Shown piece after piece: positions 59,730 to 64,000 of a stretch of DNA of 64,000 nucleotides. Origin of the DNA: an uncultured virus (IMG/VR IMGVR_UViG_3300007344_000002) (taxonomy: Duplodnaviria > Heunggongvirae > Uroviricota > Caudoviricetes); the IMG/VR virus record IMGVR_UViG_3300007344_000002, one strand, 5' to 3'. The notes below the pieces were generated by a model that was given only the letters and a program-made list of their open reading frames with translations, made no database searches and was not told where the DNA came from. The translations under genes and the position numbers were made by a program. How positions within the stretch are numbered: position 1 is the stretch's first letter; the number at the start of each line of letters is the position of its first letter.

Positions 59730-61612
59730 TTTCTTTGCTTCTTTTGAAAGTAGACCTTACTGAATCTGAAAAAAAGAGATTCGAGGAACTAGTAAAAAGA
59801 GACATAAAAGCGGCTGAGGCCCTCTCTAAGAATTTTATTTTTGAAATTAAAGAAGTTAAGAAACCATATTCACATTCTATATTGGTCAAACCCAATGACT
59901 ATGCAAAGCAAGAAGACATTCTTGTGAATGATTTGAGAGACACTCTTAGTGAAAATAATTTGGATTTGGATAAGGAATATTTTAATGCGTTAAATGAAGT
60001 TGAAGATACTGATTCTGAAATTTCTTTTCTACTTAGAAAATATACCAAGACTCTAGATGAGGAAGGTAAGAAAGAAGCCAAGATGCTATTTACACAAAAG
60101 GATGGAATAGAAGATTTGAGCAAGGACTTGAAAACACAAGTAAAGGAACTCAATAAGGTAATAGAGAAAAATCTTGAGATTAGACTTGATGCTTACATTA
60201 AACTAATGGAAGAAGAATTAGCCGCCGTTAAAGTAAAAGATAAAAAGGACTTTTCCTCTTTTTCGGAAAAAGAAATCTTACAACCGGAAAAAAAAGATTC
60301 TATTCTAAATGCTTACTACAGTAAGAAAAAGAAGAGTATAGAAAATACAATGAAAACTATAGAAAAGTTGATTAAAAGACTAAAAGAAAAGGAAGGCTCT
60401 CCTAGGAGTTCTTTGCTCGACAATTTTAGAAACATTACTGATTATCTTGATAATCCTAGAGAGATTAGACCTGTCGGCACTACGGAAGTAGATGGAAAAG
60501 AAATACCTAACATAGATACGGCTTTTGATAGACATAAAAAAGTTCTTACTAGCCTACTAAAAAATATGCTGACGCTTGTGGGTTCTTACGAGGACGAAGG
60601 AGACTTAGAAGACCGAATCAATGCGCTACAAGAATTGTTAGGCGAAGGTGAATTAGGACTTATTGAAGACTTAATGGTTAAAAAGGATACAATGAATACC
60701 ACTAATAAAATGACAAAGGCCATAAAATACAAAGGCAGTTTGGCTAGTTTTGTCAAAAAAACATTGTTGGAAAAGAATGAAAACGCTGTGCGAAGAAATA
60801 ACAAAGAAATTAGAAAGAGGCTAGAAACTATTCTTGGAAAGGAGGTTACAGTAATTGACTCTAGAGTTAGATTTTTGGAACAAATGAAAACTAATGCAAA
60901 TAAAATAAAAGGTTTCGATGTTAGGGATAACAGGTTTGTCGATTACGAAGCGGGAAAAAAGAAATTAGGGGAGGCTGGTGGAGATTCCCTTAACTATTAT
61001 ACTCCTTTGTTTAAAGGATATACTGTTTTGATGAAAAACGGAGAAAGGATGAATCAAGAGTTAAACAAGAGAGTTGATAGTAGAACTCTATTTGAATACA
61101 TTTTAGATTATGCTGGAGAAAAGGGGTCCTCTGCTCTTAGAACTAGGACACAGAAGAAAAGAAAGGCATTGGGTAAATTATCTAGGGCTGAAATAGTAAG
61201 GCTAAGAAATAAAGTTTCCGAGAAAATAAAGGAAAGTCCATTGATTAAAAAATATGGATTTGACAAACTACAAAATCTACTGCTTTCCGACTATAGTGTG
61301 ATAGAAGAGGCCGTTGACGAAATGAAAACTAGGGGTATTACTAGTGTAGAAAGCATGGAAAGGATGAGTGTAGATTTTACCAGTCCGGAAGATATTGTTG
61401 ATTATTTGATTGGAAAAATTGATTCTACTTATTTCCCAAATCTTCCCCCTACATTTTATCCAATGTCCGAGGGACAAAATAGAAGAATAACTATTTTGAT
61501 AACTAGAAATATATTGAAAATTATGACAAAGTTAGGAATAGAGAGCAACTTTTCCGAAGAAGAAAGAGCAACAATTCTACAAAGATTAGAACAAAATGAG
61601 GAGGAAGAATAA
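59723..61612 (+). CDS. Large coiled-coil hypothetical protein (629 aa)
   Basis: K/E-rich ORF after the portal. Confidence 0.6.
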   Translation: MVISLLLLKVDLTESEKKRFEELVKRDIKAAEALSKNFIFEIKEVKKPYSHSILVKPNDYAKQEDILVNDLRDTLSENNLDLDKEYFNALNEVEDTDSEISFLLRKYTKTLDEEGKKEAKMLFTQKDGIEDLSKDLKTQVKELNKVIEKNLEIRLDAYIKLMEEELAAVKVKDKKDFSSFSEKEILQPEKKDSILNAYYSKKKKSIENTMKTIEKLIKRLKEKEGSPRSSLLDNFRNITDYLDNPREIRPVGTTEVDGKEIPNIDTAFDRHKKVLTSLLKNMLTLVGSYEDEGDLEDRINALQELLGEGELGLIEDLMVKKDTMNTTNKMTKAIKYKGSLASFVKKTLLEKNENAVRRNNKEIRKRLETILGKEVTVIDSRVRFLEQMKTNANKIKGFDVRDNRFVDYEAGKKKLGEAGGDSLNYYTPLFKGYTVLMKNGERMNQELNKRVDSRTLFEYILDYAGEKGSSALRTRTQKKRKALGKLSRAEIVRLRNKVSEKIKESPLIKKYGFDKLQNLLLSDYSVIEEAVDEMKTRGITSVESMERMSVDFTSPEDIVDYLIGKIDSTYFPNLPPTFYPMSEGQNRRITILITRNILKIMTKLGIESNFSEEERATILQRLEQNEEEE

Positions 61613-62417
61613 TGTGGGAAAGAATACTAAAACAATCCGATATGATAGAAAAAGAAAACAGTCCAATTTTGGACTCACTAGATGAAAAGAAGAGAAAGCG
61701 ATTGAAGAAGACTCTACAATCGGCAGAACCAACTGAATACTTTGGTCAAGATTTCACTCGAATGGGTGAACTCATTGACATGTTAAGAGAGTTAGACTTG
61801 GTTAAATCCGATGATAAGATGAAAAAGAAGTTCGACGGCATTGACGAAAGGAACATTGATATGGTGGCCCTATCTAGCAAACTTCGTAAGGAGTACGAAG
61901 TCTTGTATCGTCAACTACGAGAAGTCGTATATCCAAAGAGAAAGGGGGACTTGAGAGATGAGTGAAAATAATGAAGACATGCTGATTATTCTAAAGGAAT
62001 TAGTCGGTAGAATTAAGACTCTAGAACAAGCAGTCTACAACAAAGATAACCTGCTTATGAAGTCGGGCTTTGTTGTTGTCGATGGCCCTACTCCATCCAT
62101 GTCAAATCAATCTGTACCGGATGCTGATGCTATCCATAAGATGAGTTGGAATGACATTGAAAAGTTCGTAAATGGGAGGAACTGATATGCCGGAAAAAAT
62201 GACAAAAGAGGAAGCACAAATTAGTCGAGCAATTAGATTGGTCCGTAAAGCAAAGGAAGTTCTTCAAGAAGAAGGTAGAGAAACTCTACCATTGGAAATA
62301 GAAGACCCCGATGTTAAGACTAAGAAGCCAAAGGCAGAAAAAGACGATACTAAGATTGAGAATGATACAGGTACTCATTCCGGATATGGTCTTGCTGGAG
62401 ATATTAACGACGCTTGA
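61612..62417 (+). CDS. Three small head-arm ORFs (61612-61965, 61958-62185, about 62187-62417)
   Basis: MWERILK tag on the first; internal MSWNDIEK in the second. Confidence 0.55.
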
Positions 62418-62425
62418 GTGATTCG

Positions 62426-64000
62426 ATGGCGACCACTGGCCTAATGTTCGAGAAGGATAAGGCTCCTTTATCTAACGAAATTTTATCTCTCTTCGAGGAA
62501 ACTAGAGTCGCTTATCTATCTGCAAAATCCGACCCCAAAGAGTATGGAGGTCGGTGGAGAAATATACTTGAGAAGATTAAAGAATCGTATGATAGCCTTA
62601 GTCCTCTTGGTAAAGAACTCAAAGAATATTTAGATGAGCGTCACCTTGAGGCTGATGATACAGGCAGTCCTACAAGTGGCTCTGCTAAAATCGTCTATGA
62701 TTCTGTTAAGCAAATGAGATTCGACTCCGAGAATGTCAACGACCCATTCTCTAAGAAAATGAAAGGTAATGTACTAGAATCTCTACTATCGAATGTAGAT
62801 GTTTTTATGAAGTTCATTCACTATGCTATTAGAAATGGTGATGATGCCTTATCTTCTAAACTCTATAATGAATTAGAATATCAAGGTGACGAGATAACTG
62901 ATGGTTTGGAAGGACTAGACTTGGCATTAGATGATGTTCCTCTTTTTGTTATTGAACACTACGGCGATGATAAAGATAGTAAGAAGGTGAATTTTAAATT
63001 CAAGAATGCGCTAAAGGAACTCAAGAAGGTATTTTTATCCGGACACTCCGAAGAGGACTGGAGTAAATTAGTTGGAGTAGAATTAAAGAAATCAATGAGT
63101 GCTATGATGGCTCAAGAATTAAAATTCAAAGAAAGAATGGAAAACCCTACTATGAGAGTAGAAGAAAAACCCGATGTGACTCAAAATGTAGCAGTAGTTG
63201 AAATGGATGCTGATGTTTCGGGAGATTGTTGCGAGCAGTTAAAACAGGACTACATAGAACTCAAACGAGAAATGTTTGAATCGTTTATTGCTCATCATGG
63301 TTCTTGGGAAAAATTTACACAGGAAACTGGCCGCAGGTATGAAGATACTCCGGAAAATGAATTAAAAGAATTAACGGAATACTTTAACTCACTTGACTGT
63401 GAGGCATTGTATGAATTTATTAGTGACATATTTAGCGAGAATACTAGACCCAAAGAACAAGAAATTCTTGATAGATACGAAAGTTGTAATTCCTTTGGTT
63501 CGGACTTTTCGGATAAATACGCTATGCTTAAATCTAAAAAGTCCGAGGAAGAGAAGGCCATCTCCAACTTCCTAACTCCCAACAAACCAATGTATCGTAT
63601 ATTCGATATTGAAGATATGAATGAATTGATGGGATTCTCCGGAGATTATGTCGTACAAGAAAAGTACGATGGAATGAGAATACAAATTCATAAGATTGAT
63701 GATAAAGTTGAAATCTTTTCATTTAACGGTAAGGACATTACTGAAAAATGTACTGAACAAGTAGCAGAAATGAAAAAGAAATCTTATGGCGACTGTATTC
63801 TAGATGCAGAACTAATTCTATTCGATGGTGATAAAGCCCTACATAGAGCAGATACAGTTGCCCATGTATTCAAAAATAAATACCCCGAAGCAAAACTAAG
63901 AGCGCATGTTTTTGACATAATGCGACACGAAGAAAAGAACTTGATGGATGATGAATTACAGATTAGGATTAACATTCTATTCAATAATTACTCGGCAAAG
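62426..64000 (+). CDS. lig: ATP-dependent DNA ligase with an N-terminal extension of about 380 aa (3' truncated, not in the ORF track)
   Basis: Frame is open from ATG 62426 to the window end. Intact motif I QEKYDGMRIQIHK (Lys codon 63662-63664), motif III ILDAEL, motif IIIa HVFDIM. Confidence 0.85.
   Translation, partial: MATTGLMFEKDKAPLSNEILSLFEETRVAYLSAKSDPKEYGGRWRNILEKIKESYDSLSPLGKELKEYLDERHLEADDTGSPTSGSAKIVYDSVKQMRFDSENVNDPFSKKMKGNVLESLLSNVDVFMKFIHYAIRNGDDALSSKLYNELEYQGDEITDGLEGLDLALDDVPLFVIEHYGDDKDSKKVNFKFKNALKELKKVFLSGHSEEDWSKLVGVELKKSMSAMMAQELKFKERMENPTMRVEEKPDVTQNVAVVEMDADVSGDCCEQLKQDYIELKREMFESFIAHHGSWEKFTQETGRRYEDTPENELKELTEYFNSLDCEALYEFISDIFSENTRPKEQEILDRYESCNSFGSDFSDKYAMLKSKKSEEEKAISNFLTPNKPMYRIFDIEDMNELMGFSGDYVVQEKYDGMRIQIHKIDDKVEIFSFNGKDITEKCTEQVAEMKKKSYGDCILDAELILFDGDKALHRADTVAHVFKNKYPEAKLRAHVFDIMRHEEKNLMDDELQIRINILFNNYSAK

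Noticed and set aside
868..63984. Numerous 60-150-aa ORFs antisense to or nested in longer genes, and ORFs at 35244-35694 and 39675-39968
   Set aside because: These are shadow frames without RBS or motifs, overlapping well-supported genes, tRNAs or repeat tracts.
1..64000. Cellular chromosome or integrated provirus
   Set aside because: No rRNA, ribosomal-protein or metabolic genes, and no integrase or host junction. The whole window has viral organisation.

Overview
This window is a 64-kb piece of an AT-rich, archaeal tailed-virus genome. It is most consistent with a Magrovirus-like virus of Marine Group II / Poseidoniales (inferred from archaeal-type replication and transcription genes, GGTGA-type ribosome-binding sites, and terminase plus portal; no database search was run). 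Layout: (1) 1-2900 (+), end of a tail/fibre module. (2) About 3000-35500 (-), a dense replication/early arm: DEDD exonuclease, MCM-like ATPase, ERCC4 nuclease, PriS-PriL fusion primase, Cas4-like nuclease, a PolB split into two genes, PCNA, AAA recombinase, RPA, RFC-S and RFC-L, an apparently dead DNA ligase, PC4, GroEL/GroES, DenV-like glycosylase, a Ubl + E1 + JAB cluster around TFB, three tRNAs and a UvrD helicase. (3) About 35550-40130, a strand-switch region with AT-rich origin-like tracts and an array of palindrome-TATA-gene-hairpin cassettes. (4) 40142-64000 (+), a head-morphogenesis arm with TerL, portal, a second catalytically intact DNA ligase (truncated by the window end) and 20 unrelated proteins that share an N-terminal M(S/T)WxxILK tag. 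The strongest candidates for undescribed biology are the virus-encoded ubiquitin-like conjugation system, the shared N-terminal tag (possible capsid-targeting signal), and the cassette array in which two mRNAs have covarying, fully paired 5' and 3' ends. All product calls are motif-based by eye.
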